A stretch of DNA of 64,000 bases from Octopus sinensis (lineage: Eukaryota), in contig NC_043000.1 of NCBI RefSeq assembly GCF_006345805.1, positions 62,682,001 to 62,746,000 of the forward strand. Direction: 5' to 3'. Position 1 is the stretch's first letter; each line of letters begins with the position of its first letter. Positions 1 to 12,846 of this stretch are shown here, piece after piece. The notes under the pieces were generated by a model. That model saw only the letters and a program-made list of their open reading frames with translations. It made no database searches and had not been told where the DNA came from. The position numbers were made by a program, and so were the translations under genes.

Positions 1-796
1 TCAGTGCTAGTGCAATATCTTAGCCAAAACTCCCTCATACTGAAAGTAAGTGATAAAATAGTTTTCTTTATCTAATTTTTTTTTATTTCCAAAATTGTTG
101 AATATCAATATAAGTGGAAAATATATATTTGCCTTTACTATCAGCAGAACTTTTTTTTTTTTTTTTTGTAAAATAGTTTACTAATCTCGAATATAAGAGG
201 TTTGAGAATGAACCGTATTCTATAAATCGAATTAAGTTTACAATAAACTGTACCTTTCATATTCTTCCAGTCTCCCCATCTTTATCCTTTTCCTTTCGTC
301 GCAGTCTATTGTATTTTAAGAGTGAAATAGTCATGGTGATTTTTATTTTCCAGAGGTACGGTAGGAAAAAAATAAATCTGACCAAATGCGTTACCTTCGT
401 AAATTCAATGAATAAAACGAATTCATTGTTATTTCGTTTCTCCAATTACTTGGAAATTATGGACCACATATTCATAAGAGTAATCAGCACATTATGACAT
501 CATAACAGAAATGTGTTAAAATTTTCAAATGAAATATAAAGCAAAGGGAAAATATAAGCAAAATTACTTTCTTTTAATTTTCTCTGTTGAAACAATGATT
601 GAAATGATGTCATAATACCTTTATCAAATTATGAAATCATTGAAATACGGTATGGTATGACAGGTGGATAGACGGAAAGACAAACGGACGGAGACATGGC
701 TCTGTTAACACAAACAGACACGCACACATGAGCACAAACACATATGAGAAATTAAGATAAACACAAGTTTATATTATTAGTAGTTCCTACGTCTAA

Positions 797-990
797 AGGC
801 AGCGAGCTGGTAGAATCGTGAGCACGCAGGACAAAATACTTTGCTACATTTCGTACGTTCTAAGTTCAAATTCCACCGAAGTCGACTTTCAGAGTCGATG
901 AAATAAGTGCCAGTTGCGTACTGGGATTGATGTAATTGACTATTCCCCTCCTACCAAATTTCAGACCGTGTACCTTTAGTAAAAAGGATT
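797..990 (+). mobile_element. tRNA-derived SINE, family A
   Basis: The head GGCAGCGAGCTGGTAGAATCG...AAGTTCAAATTCC has A/B-box-like motifs, followed by a GTCGACTTT...GTCGATGAAATAAGTGCCAG core. The same element recurs more than 10 times in the window. Confidence 0.8.
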
Positions 991-1119
991 ATTAGTTCCC
1001 ATGTACGTTTCATCATTGTGGTTCCTTTGGAGTTCTGCATTGGGTGTTTCAACTGAAATTGGATGTTTCACTACCACTGATCACCAGGGAACAAGTTACT
1101 GTCTTATGTTACAGAGTAT

Positions 1120-1247
1120 TTCATCATCATCATTGTTCGACCGTGGTCGAGACAATGGAATTTACCATGCTACGCCAGACTTCACGGTCCATCATGGCAT
1201 TACGGAGGTCCTGTTGCTGGATGCCTGTATCCCTGGATACAGAGCAC
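1120..1247 (-). mobile_element. 3' end of an RTE-type LINE with (GAT)n tail
   Basis: The minus strand reads SRDTGIQQQDLRNAMMDREVWRSMVNSIVSTTVEQ* followed by TGATGATGATG, typical of an RTE C-terminus and tail. Confidence 0.6.
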
Positions 1248-1535
1248 TAATGTCTCAATTATAATATAACCTTATGTTTATCTTAATTTCTCCTATATTT
1301 GCACTGTAGTTCATTATTAGTAATATTAAGTATAGAAGTTGATTACCACTGAAACAGATCGGACGTCGATAATTTACGTGGAACATTATATTTAACAGTA
1401 GCAGTTGTACATCTATTTCTTCACAGAATATCCGCTATATATTATGTAGTCGTTGGTTATGGCTGGGTAGAAAGTTACCTCATGGATCCAATAGTCTCAG
1501 TTGTTCGACTTCCTTCGAACTTTTAACCGTGTCGA

Positions 1536-3012
1536 CTACATTTTCATAGAGAACGCTAATGGGAGTATCCCATATTCTAAATAACTCCATGCATTTTGTG
1601 TCAAATAGGTTAAGTAATTTTTTTTCAATGCATAAATGATTGTCCTTTTCGTTTCATCTCGAAAAGTTACGTTGCAAATACATTCGCCGTTGAAATATAG
1701 TTTCTTTCCTGTAACACCATATGCTTCTTTTTTTTTTATATATAAATAATTTCGGCTTACCGATTTTTCGCCATGTTTCTTCATTTGTGATAGTGATATC
1801 ACAACCTGTGTCTAATTGCATTTTGACACTAGTGGTTTCGATTCTCACCTTGATGGATTATCTGTTCGTTGTGCAAACTTTTTTTCTCTAACGACAAACT
1901 ATTTATTTTTTCTCGTTTAGTCCAGTTTTTCATCAGCTTAGTTCTGTAGTGCGATTTAATGTGTCCTGTTTTCCCACAATGAAAACACGTTGCTTTTTTG
2001 AACGGACGCTCTTTTCTCAAGTACCTACCACCGCATGCCATACATTGGTTTATCGCCTGTTGTATATCGTATACTTTATGAAACACTTTATCCATCTTCC
2101 AACTCTCCCACAAGTTTTATTTGTAAACAATCTCTGCGTTGGATTTCTTCTGTTTCGTGTCTTACTTTTAATATCATATCACACTCTTCTGACAGTTTCT
2201 GGAGAGTTATATCCTGGTGCATTTCCAGCTTTGCGAGAATTTTCATTCTGACTTCTGCGTTCTTTTTAGCAGTAAGTCCCTGAACAAACATCAGGCACTT
2301 GAACGAGTCTGGAATTAGTTTATCCAGTTTAAATCTCTCGCACGCTCTGTTTACTCTACCCACATATGTGGTAAAGTCTTCGTCGTTGCTTTTCTCGGTG
2401 TTCAAACACTTCCAACGTGTGTTGAACAACGATGTTTTTTCACTAAATTTCCTACATAAAATGTTAATTGTATCTGTGAAATTTATGCCAGAAACCTTTT
2501 TAGGCAATATAAAGTTACAGTGTGTTTCATGCTCTATCGTCGCCATTTTCCTCCGAATTAGACACGTTTTCATTTCAAGTCTTGTCATTCATTTTCGAAA
2601 ATTTGTTCAAAACTTCGATAATTTGCCTCGAAGGTCACTTCTTCTTCCGGGTCATATTTAAATTCATTTATTGAATTTGCTACATGGTCTGGCGAAAACG
2701 TATTTTCCGGTTTTGCTACCCAATTTCATTAGTTGTAGCATTTGTCGCCATAACATTTGTTATTGTTCTTGTTGTTCGTCGAGTCGTTGCTGTTGCTGTT
2801 TTTGGAACTCAACTAGACTCTCTGACAAGTTTTCCATAATTTTACGGATTTTTCGTAAAATAAGTAGAACAAAAATGTTTGTTACTCTCCAGTTGAGTTT
2901 CTCCACGTGAAAAGTTTTTCAACGTCGTCCGCGTGAATTGTTTATTTTCTCGTGAAAATATTTTTGTTTTTCAACGTTGTCCGCGTAAAATGTTTATATC
3001 CTCGTCGCCACT
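1536..3012 (-). mobile_element. Degenerate Ty3/Gypsy (K02A2.6/Mag-like) gag-protease region
   Basis: Frameshifted ORFs: gag-like 'YVGRVNRACERFKLDKL..FKCLMFVQGL' (2088-2588), knuckle-like 'CFHCGKTGH' (1829-2113) and aspartyl protease 'MQLDTGCDITI' (1654-1848). A PBS TGGCGACGAGGAT lies at 2998-3011. Confidence 0.85.
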
Positions 3013-3196
3013 GTTCTAATGTGGATCCTCGTCCACTTGTATTTTATTGTCGGCACTGTAATATTCTTGTCGCCACTATTGTGTTGTCGCGGTATTGCGC
3101 GTCTTATAATCATTGATTCGTCTATCCTGCTATCACTGATAGCTCCGCAAGACAATAGCTTTGAAAAGTCTACCTTCACGATGACTCGAACTATTC

Positions 3197-3447
3197 TTTT
3201 ATCTATTTCTTTATTGCCCACAGGTGGTGGTGGGGGGGGGGCTAAACATTGAGGGGACAAACAAGGACAGAGAAAAGGATTAAGTCGATTACATTGACCC
3301 CAGTGCATAACTGGTACTTATTTAATCGACCCCGAAAGGATGAAAGGCAAAGTCAACCTAGGCGGATTTTGAACTCAGAACGTAACGGCAGACGAAATTC
3401 CGCTAAGCATTCGGCCGGTGTGCTAACGTTTCTGCCAGCTCGCCGCC
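3197..3447 (-). mobile_element. tRNA-derived SINE, family A, inserted in the LTR
   Basis: Reverse complement of the family A consensus (GGCGGCGAGCTGGCAGAAACGTTAGCAC...). Confidence 0.85.
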
Positions 3448-3448
3448 C

Positions 3449-3810
3449 TATATATCACGAACTCGTGATATATACGTAACTCGCATATATATCACGAACT
3501 CGTGATATATACGTAACTCGCATATATCACGAACTCGTGATATATACGTAACTCGCATATATCACGAACTCGTGATATATACGTAACTCGCATATATATC
3601 ACGAACTCGTGATATATACGTAACTCGCATATATATCACGAACTCGTGATATATACGTAACTCGCATATATATCACGAACTCGTGATATATACGTAACTC
3701 GCATATATATCACGAACTCGTGATATATACGTAACTCGCATATATATCACGAACTCGTGATATATACGTAACTCGCATATATATCACGAACTCGTATATA
3801 TCACGTAACT
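3449..3810. repeat. 35/37-bp tandem repeat, about 10 copies, each with a hairpin
   Basis: Unit TA(TA)TATCACGAACTCGTGATATATACGTAACTCGCA. The CACGAACTCGT core starts at 3456, 3493, 3528, 3563, 3600, 3637, 3674, 3711, 3748 and 3785. Confidence 0.95.
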
Positions 3811-4140
3811 GACACTGACTCCAATTAATAACTCGTACGACTCTACTATTACTGATTTGCTACAACAACTGACATCGTCACGTGGGAAGGGGAATGCGTT
3901 TTCACTACTGCACAATCATCAGAGCTACGATCTATTTCTTTATCAGACATTCTTTTTTTCTTGTGTGCATGAACTGATCATCACTGACCCATCTGGAAGG
4001 TCATCAACGTTGCTCTTCGTCTTCCAACAATTTTTTTTTCTTTTTAATATTAGTAACAATATTGATTTGCTAGAAATTAGAAATTCTAATTAATAATATG
4101 CAGATTGCATTGCCTACTTGTCAGTTCATATCTTTCACCT

Positions 4141-4770
4141 TCTACTTGTTTCAGGCATTAGACTGTGGCCATGCTGGAGCACCGCCTTGAAGAATTTCTA
4201 GTTGAATGAATTAACCCCGGTACTTATTTTGTCTTTTTTAAGTTTGGTACTTATTCTATCGATTCTCAGGCCGAACCGCTAGGTTGCGAGGACGTAAACA
4301 CACCTACACCGCTTTCAAGCAGTGGTAGGGAAACAAACACACACACACGTGTGTGTGTGTGTTTGTGTGTGTACGACGGGCTTCTTTCTGTTTCTGTCTA
4401 CTGAATTCATTCGCAAGGCTTTAGGTCTCGCAGTGTCTCTCTTTATATCCGGCCCTAGCAAACGCTTCATTGTAGTATTGTGCATGTTGTTCGAATATTT
4501 CTTCTGATGCTGATAAACGTAATATTCTGGTAGATACATTCTTAATTATACTTTTGATTATGGAAGGTGGATGGTTGGAATTAACATTTATGTATCTTAC
4601 GCATTCATTAGGCTTGTGGTATGGTTCGTACATGCTATTTTCCAAATTGAAAGTTGCATCTAAAAAGTTTACCTTGGGATAATTACCGTCTATGCAGTGG
4701 GATTGAACGCAATGGGACTGGAACCATGTGGTTGGAAAGCAAACTTCTTACCATACAGCCACTCCTGCAT
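4141..4770 (-). mobile_element. tRNA-derived SINE, family B, interrupted by a Penelope RT fragment (about 4435-4692)
   Basis: The flanks match the family B copy at 59226-59652. The insert matches 9661-9915 (YEPYHKPNE..NSNHPPSIIK). Confidence 0.8.
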
Positions 4771-4820
4771 CTACTTGTACATATTCGTTCAATGTTCCTC
4801 TCTCTCTCTATCTATCTATC

Positions 4821-4867
<47 letters not shown>

Positions 4868-4912
4868 CTCTTACTCGCTCACTCACTCACTTTTTCTCCA
4901 GTTCAAACAGAA

Positions 4913-5210
4913 TAACCCACCTAAAGCCATGTTGCTTTCAGCTGTCTGACCTTGTACGAAGAATTCTTCGAGACGAAGTTATATTTCTAGCAAAGAGCAA
5001 CAACAAGTGTAAGCAATAAACATTTTCCTATGTAGTTACAGCTACTAGCTGCTGCATCACAACCGCTATTACTAGATTCAAACAAACGTCAGTAGCCCAG
5101 ATTCTCTGTTCGTGACAAGTTCGTGGTAATCCGACGTAAGCTTTTCACACATACCTGCCAAATGGGGTACCTATAGAGGACATCGGAGAACAAGAATTCA
5201 GCAAGTGTAC
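4913..5210 (+). pseudogene. Truncated inverted copy of the PHPT1/Janus-like gene (upstream region plus start of CDS)
   Basis: Near-identical to the reverse complement of about 45385-45705. The start codon ATG has become ATA (5151-5153), the PPNPKL codons are deleted, and homology ends after 'IGEQ.FS'. Confidence 0.9.
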
Positions 5211-6267
5211 CTTAGACAAAATACTTGAGTGATACTTTATCGACCCAAAATACCTGGGTGGTACTTCCTTTTATCGACCCCAAAAGTATAAAAAGGAAAA
5301 GTTGATCTCGGAGTAAACCTGAACAAAACACTTTGTGACATCTTTTTCTTTTCTTTTTGCTTCTTCTTTTCCGACGTTGCAAAATTCTGCCACTTCGCCA
5401 TCTTAATGGTTTCTGATTTTAGCACAAGATCAGCAATTTTCAAGGGAGATTAATAGTTTATTTTTATCAAACCTCCACGACCCCTCAAAACAGATAAAAG
5501 AACGGAAAGCAAATTTGACCGCAGTAAGATTTTGAACTCACAATGTCATGAGTCAGATAAAATATCGCTAATTTATTTTTCTTCCTTTTTTTTTCTTTTG
5601 ATATCCAAACGATTCTGCAGCTCACCAACCTTTACAAACAAATTATAAAAATAAAGTCATTAGTATTTTATGTCAGAAAATATAAATGCTATTAGTTAAA
5701 ACTTGCTATTTAAAAATTAGATTAAAACCTACTTGGAATTATTTAAGAAACAAATAATATATTCTTTAACTTGCAGGACCAAATTTGTTAATTAAAAGTA
5801 ACAGTTTAAGATTTTCTTTTTTAATTCAAACTATCCTTTCTCCTACAAAACGTTATTAATATTTTGAATGAAAGGGAAACAACTCTTAGTAATACCCGAG
5901 TGTTTTATTCTTCACCCACTCATTGCTGTTACTGTAGACCCCAAAATACAAATAAATAAGGGAATTAACCCTCAAGAGCAAGCGTGAACACTCCCACTTC
6001 CACCGCCAAAAATGATCTTTTACTCGTTTTAGTCATTAGATCGTGGCCATGCTGCAGCACCACCTTGAGGAATTTTAGTCGAGTGAATCGACCCCAGTAC
6101 TTAGATTTTTATTTGTCGGTTTGTTTTCTAAGCTTTGTACTTATTCTACCGACATCTTTTGATGAACTGCTAGTTACAGGAACGTAAACATAGCAACACC
6201 GGTTGTCAAACACATACAAAGACACAAACGCAAAGAGATACATATATGTATGTATGCATGTATATAT

Positions 6268-6299
<32 letters not shown>

Positions 6300-6416
6300 G
6301 TGTGTGTGTGTGGTGTGTGTGTGTGTAAAATAATATGTGACAATTATTCAATAGCCAAGATAAAACTCTGAGTTTCGGATGCCGAGGTGGAAATCCACAA
6401 CACCATTTCATATATA

Positions 6417-7654
6417 TATTGGGTCATCCCATAGATAATGCGATTTATTTATACTACTTTTATTTTTCAAAATTAAGATAAAGTTCTCTTATAATTTAAA
6501 ATATACTCTCCTTAGTTTTCTATAATGCTCTTCTATCTATGTGGTAGACTTGCAAGGCCCCTCTTCCAAATTTCAGTAGTCTGTGATGAAAAATATTTCG
6601 CCAGTACTGTTCTGACCTCGTCTACAGAATTCATATTATTGCCGTCCAAATCATTTTGAAGACTGGAATAAATGATAATCAGATAGGGCAATGTCCAGCG
6701 AATATGGTGGGTGGAGCATCGTTTCCCTTCAAACTACTCCAGCTTTTGGAATGTCATCCTCGCTGTATGTGGCCGAGCATTATCCTAGTGGAAGAACACC
6801 TTTCGTCTTGAAACCAAAGATGGTCTTTTTTCTCCTACTCGCCGGAGATCCCCTTTCTTGTAGTTAGGTTTGGGTTTAAAAGTTCAAAGTGGACTAAACC
6901 TTTCATATCCCACCAAACAGATAACACCTTACGTGGGTGAAGACCTTCTTTACCATGTAGTGCCAGTGTTTCTCCTTTCCCTACCCACAGTCTTCAGCGC
7001 TTGACATTTTTATAGAAACCCCATTTCTCGTCACCAGTCACTATTCGGTCAAAAAAAGGTTCATTCGGGAGACGTGACAGCAAAGAAGAGAACACATTCA
7101 CTTTCTGCGCGCGATTAGACTCGGAAAGTTTGTGAGGAACCCATTGCCCCAATTTGCTGACTTTTCCGATGGCACACTGGTGTCGATGAATAGCTGAATG
7201 ACCAAATCCAAACTTCTCTACTAGTTCTTCAACAGTTACGATGGAATTTTGTTCCTCGTCGAGCTCTACAGATCTTCCAGGACGAGGCTCGTCTTTAAGG
7301 TTGTAGTTTCCAGCTCGGAATTTCTGGAACCACCTTTGACACCGGCTTACGCTTATTGTCCGATCCCCATATACTGCATTAATATTCCTCGCACTTTCCG
7401 TTGCGTTGTTGCCTTTATTGAACTCATAAAGTAAAATATGCCGAATATGCTCCTTTGTCGCTTCCATTATAGCTTTGAAAAAATAACTGTTAAAATCGAA
7501 CTGCACTCTCCAAAACTTGCACAAAGCATAAAACCAAAGGTAAAATTACAACCTGCTTTTATAACAAGTTGATGCAGGTAGTTTATCGCGTCCCCCTACG
7601 ACTTTTAGTTCATGCAATTGAAAAAAAAAACATTATTTATGGGATGACCCAATA
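6417..7654 (-). mobile_element. Near full-length degenerate mariner transposon
   Basis: TIRs TATTGGGTCATCCCATAGATAATG / CATTATTTATGGGATGACCCAATA lie in TA runs. The ORF has an HTH, 'WVPHKL' and 'IVTGDEKW'. Downstream, broken frames contain 'DNARPH' and 'HPPYS..IALSDYHLF'. Confidence 0.95.
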
Positions 7655-7656
7655 TA

Positions 7657-7706
<50 letters not shown>

Positions 7707-7719
7707 ATGACCTAATATA

Positions 7720-7784
<65 letters not shown>

Positions 7785-8189
7785 AAGTAAAAGAGTCAAA
7801 GGGAAGAGTTTCGATACATACAGATCCTCGTACATACAAGATTTAAAGTTAAGTTTAAATTATGTAACGATTTACCTGTATAAGAAGATCTATATATATC
7901 TCCTCAGGCGATACTCATTTGCTGTTTCCGTTAGTAAATCTAGATTTCCATGCTACAACATCCATGGCTTCTTTGAAACTAACAAACGCTGACAGTTTCA
8001 AATTGCTCGGTATGAGTGTGTTATCACGTTCGACATGAGCCGCAATGTGCACGATGTCTGTTTATTTATTCAGTTTCAACATATTATTCTACACATACCA
8101 AACTACCATTACGCAAAATACATTTATGCATTAGCTCATACATATGCAATCACTTAAACACCGATATACCATATATCACTGAGTGTTTC

Positions 8190-8251
<62 letters not shown>

Positions 8252-8579
8252 TACACTCACACGCAGACACGTACATGCATGTATATAAAATATATGTACA
8301 TATATTCTGATGCACACACGCATACATATACTCACCTACATATCAATAAACACATTCACATCTATAGACGCATATATATCTATCTACTCATTTCCATGTA
8401 CATAGTTATATTGCTGAACGCTCCATCATAAATGCACACTCCTATACATACGTGAAGGTGGTAAAAATGGGTTTTGCGAGGTAGAATAATAATTATTATT
8501 ATAATTTATACACTGTTCCATCTGGAAAAGCATATTTGGTACGGTGGTTACATCTTGGAATTTTCTCATCATGTTTATT

Positions 8580-10400
8580 CACTAGATTTTCTATTACTCA
8601 GTAGAATACTCAGTGCTTCTGCAAGGCAAAGGTGACATTTTCCGGATAGTGAAATACATGGATGTGCGGTTTTTTTGGGGGGGTTTTTTTTACCATTCTA
8701 TTTGGAATTTAATTTTTGATTCTTTCAGTCCCCATATGAGGTCTGCCAGCGAGGTCGTGTGCAGTCTATTTATTTTTCGGAATAACGAGATGTGGTTTCG
8801 ATAACGGACTTTAAATTGGCTTTCAGTGACACCTATGTACACGTAATTATGTGTAATTATGTTGAGATGTGTAGATTATGCATTTATATACTATGTTTTT
8901 TTGAGCACATTGGTTCAGGAGCGGACATGCGGATTTTCTGCAGCATGTGCAGTTAATCGTATTCTTATTATTCTTATGTTTATCTGGCGGCTTTTTGATT
9001 CTGTTTTCATGATGTTCCGTTTGATTTCTAGTATCCGAGGCTTTGTTTAATCGATAATCTGTTTTGTTGGATCTTTTTGTATGATATATTTCAACTATAT
9101 TGTCACCGTCTTTTACGCTATCTGAGATTTTGCAGTCTATCTGTTGTGTATTTTGGTTTTTGGTGTTAAATTCTGTGTAGTTTTGATTTGTTTGCTCTCT
9201 ACCAACAGACTTTGTTTGTGTATTCAATTTCTGGTTGTTGTATTTATGTATGTAGTACTCCATGTTGTAAGATGTTGCATACGATATTTTCACTGTGTTT
9301 GTTGAATAAACGGTAGTATTTATGTGTTTTAGGAAAGCCTCTATTTAATGCTGCAATGAATTGCTTACCAATCTTAGACGATATTTGGAGTCTAAAAATT
9401 GGATTATACCATAGGACTTCGGAATTTTTGTACGTTTTGTTTGGTTTCTTCCATATTTTTGTGTGTAGTGATTATGTGTGATTGTATTTTTTCTTTCCTT
9501 TTGGGTTATATCCATTTTCCTCCAATCTTTCCTTTGTTCCTCAGGTTTTCCCTTTTTTCTTGTTATTCCTTAGTTGATGTCATTCGACTTAACTGCGTAT
9601 TCTATCTTATTGGTGTTTGTGTTATTGTTATTTGATGTTTTGTTATTTACAAACTTGATTCTCTCTTTATATCCGGCCCTAGCAAATGCTTCATTGTAGT
9701 ATTGTGCATGTTGTTTGAATATTTCTTCTGATGCTGATAAACGTAATATTCTGGTAGCTACATTCTTAATTATACTTTTGATTATGGAAGGTGGATGGTT
9801 GGAATTAACATTTATGTATCTTGAGCATTCATTAGGCTTGTGGTATGGTTCGTACATGCCATTTTCTAAATTGAAAGTTGCATCTAAAAAGTTTACCTTA
9901 GGATAATTACCGTCTATAGTAACAGAAAGGCCGAAACGTCTAAAAATATTTCGGAGTTCTTTTCTGTATCTTTCAATCTCAACTTTAGTACAGTTTTTTA
10001 CAGACCTCCTGTTATCTGTGGGAATTCTGATTTGACTTCGGATAATAGGTAGATTCCAAGATATCCGAAACCTCAGCCGAATCACTTGATCCCATTGTTA
10101 TATCAAAAGAATTTGGCCTATCAGATCTCGTCCATATTTTGTTATCGTAACTAATAACAGTTTGACGAGCTGATAGGATTATGTCCACGTCTTCTCTAGA
10201 TAAAGTAGCTTTTTTCATTGCGAAAATGAGAGCTTTATTTAACACTTACTATTGTAGTAACTATCTATATCCATTTTTTTTCTCTGCTCTTAAAAACCAT
10301 TCTCTTTTTATTTATTTCATCTAAAGTGTTCCTGGGTATTTCTTTTCTTAGTAAACTGCTGTAAAGTGCATTATCTACAATATAAAGATTACCAGAGCAA
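8580..10400 (-). mobile_element. Degenerate Penelope-like retroelement (RT + GIY-YIG endonuclease)
   Basis: RT pieces 'FDITMGSSDSAEVSD', 'VNFLDATFNL' and 'YHKPNE..YINVNSNHPPSIIK'. GIY-YIG-like 'CPLLNQC..NIVYKC' is followed, after a frameshift, by 'YIGVTESQFKVRYRNH'. Confidence 0.9.
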
Positions 10401-11171
10401 AAGTGTTAAATGTTGACTGTAGACACGCTCCTTCGCAAATGATCAGCTATTATTTTGTAAACAATATTTCGAAACTGTTCATGTGTTCGAAAGGAGAGAT
10501 CTGACTTTCACACTCAGTGTGGGAGGCCCAGGTTGCCAAAGTTACTTCATTCGAATAATAAAAAGCAAAGTCGACCTCGGTGGCATTTAAACTTAGAATG
10601 TAAAGTTGGAAGAAATGCCGCTAAGCATTTTCCCCGGTGTTTTCATCTTTATTTAAAATGTTTAAAAGGATATTCCGCTCATTTATTTATGTATTCAATT
10701 TCATAAAGGATTTTCGTAATTCTTTTTATTTTTTAGCATTTGGTTACCTTAATAAACCTTTAAGAAATTGCCCATCATCTATAGCTGTTGTTAACACTTG
10801 GTCAGACATCCCAGCAATGACTATCATTAGAAATGTGTACTTCCTTCTTGTAAAAGTATTAGGATATAATTTGAGGTAGACTTGGCTGCTATTTCTAGCA
10901 GAACTAGCGATCTCTTAGCTGTTATGGTGGGCGTACAATGTAATATCAAAGGTAAGGTGAAAGTGTGAAAAAGTGCAAAACTGTTAGGTGTCAAATGAAA
11001 TGTAAAGCTGTAAAGTGATATGCGAATCTGGATTGGTGCCAAAATAGTTGTGATCACAGCTGAAACACTTTTGATCATAAGTCACCTTGACCGTGATCTT
11101 GTTTGGAATCCATGTCAAGAATACTGAGAAAGGAGGAAGCTCTGTCGACGTGTGAATGTGTGTGTGTGTAT

Positions 11172-11241
<70 letters not shown>

Positions 11242-11741
11242 GCGCGCGTGCTTTGCGATATCTGTCATTTGTCGCCATTCGTGTTCTGAGATGGCAGGGT
11301 GCAAATTGAGGAAATTTTGCTGCTAAGTCTAGCAGGCTTGTGTAACCTCCTAGACCTCCACCTTTGACTGGTAAGTATGGGTGTTAGATGTGTAACAGGA
11401 CTTCTGAAATAAATATTTTCTTTCTTTCTGAGAGTTTAGATCCTGCTGAAGTCAATTTAGCCTCTCGTTTCTTCAGATCAAAATATAAACCGATGTTATA
11501 CAGATTTTTACGAATCAATTATATCCTTCTCCACACATTTACGCTTGTGTGTAAATAACAAAGTACATATTGAAAGAGAACGATAGAAATAGCTGGAGTG
11601 TTTTTACACCACTAGCTCTTACAGTATATAGTTTGATACATTACACTGTGTGAGGTGGAGTTTGTTTCTTTTGTGGGGTAATGGGGTCAGTAAGTGTTAT
11701 TTCCTATTTGCTTCAATAGAGAAATCAAAGAAAATTACTAT

Positions 11742-12054
11742 AATTCCCTTCAAACTTTGCTTTTGTGACCTGGACATCAATATTTTGAAGCTGACCTATT
11801 TTCCATTACATTTCAGATGGATTCAGCATTGAGTTGTGGAAGCAGAAATATCATTATAGGAAAATATTCTGCTCAATACCACGGATTTGCTTTGTCAGTT
11901 GCTTGAGATAAACCACTTGAGCATGTCCACTTAGTGGCTGACAATATGTGCATCTCTGATCATGAGCTGTAATGGGGGAGCTTTATAGCCATGTGCCAAG
12001 AGGGATTCTTTGGGGTTTGAATAAATATAACAAAAGCAAAGTTTGAAGGAAATA
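11742..12054. mobile_element. MITE-like element with inverted ends
   Basis: ATTCCCTTCAAACTTTGCTTTTGT pairs with ACAAAAGCAAAGTTTGAAGGAAAT. Confidence 0.6.
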
Positions 12055-12604
12055 TTAGCCGTTTTACATATTTTATAGGGGTAAATAAGTAAGAAATAAT
12101 CGTTGCTACCCAAGGATAAAAGTCGTGTTATACAGTGTTATGGTTCTAAATTCACTTTCCTTAGCGACGATTTACTCACACGGGGAAACTTCATCTTTAA
12201 TATCAACCTCAACCGCTTCGTCTTTTCTATATTTCTTTGAGATTAAATCGTCAACAGTATTCATTTCGACTCCTCCAGAAGCGTTTATGACGTCATTCAC
12301 TTTTACATGTCAACAATGTACCTACACACATACACATAAATACATATACACACACACACACACATACACACACACACACACACACACAGAAACAGAGACA
12401 GCGAGATGTATTTAATTTGATGGAATTGATAACTTTGATATGTAGCACTCAATACTAAATATGAGAGTAAAGTTTCATACTTTTTATTTAAAACATACAT
12501 ACATACATACAGTCCTGATTATGACTTTAAGCTGCTTCCGGTTTTAAGGCCCTGATTCAGTAGTTCCAAGGTTTTGAGTAATATGTATGTGTATATATAA
12601 TAAG

Positions 12605-12815
12605 ATGGTGAACTGACAGAATCGTTAGCATGCCGGACAAAATGCTTAGCGACGCTTCGTCCGTCTCAACGTTCTCAGTTCAAATTCCGCCGTGGTTGAC
12701 TTTACCTTTCATGCTTTCGGAGTCGTTTAAATAAGAACCAGTTGAGCACTGAAGTCGATGTAACTGACTTATCCCCTCCCCGAAATTGCTGGCCTTGTGC
12801 CAAAATTTGAAACTA
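12605..12815 (+). mobile_element. tRNA-derived SINE, family A
   Basis: Matches the other family A copies. Confidence 0.8.
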
Positions 12816-12846
12816 ATATGTATGTATGTATGTATATATATGTATA

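Larger units (their letters stand above)
3082..3867 (-). mobile_element. Putative 5' LTR of the Gypsy element, interrupted by a SINE and a minisatellite
   Basis: Bounded by inverted termini TGTTGT...ACAACA and immediately followed on the minus strand by PBS-like TGGCGAC motifs. No second LTR was seen. Confidence 0.6.

Noticed and set aside
3449-3810. CRISPR-like array (palindromic ~37-bp repeats)
   Set aside because: There are no unique spacers; the units are contiguous, the context is eukaryotic and no cas genes are present.
7701-7725. Third mariner TIR suggesting a second element
   Set aside because: It is only a short duplicate of the TIR end within a (TA)n tract, best explained by slippage.
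7605-8431. YI/HT/CV-rich ORFs (also at 11.1, 31.3, 33.8, 35.3 and 40.2 kb)
   Set aside because: These are translations of (TA)n and (CA)n microsatellites.
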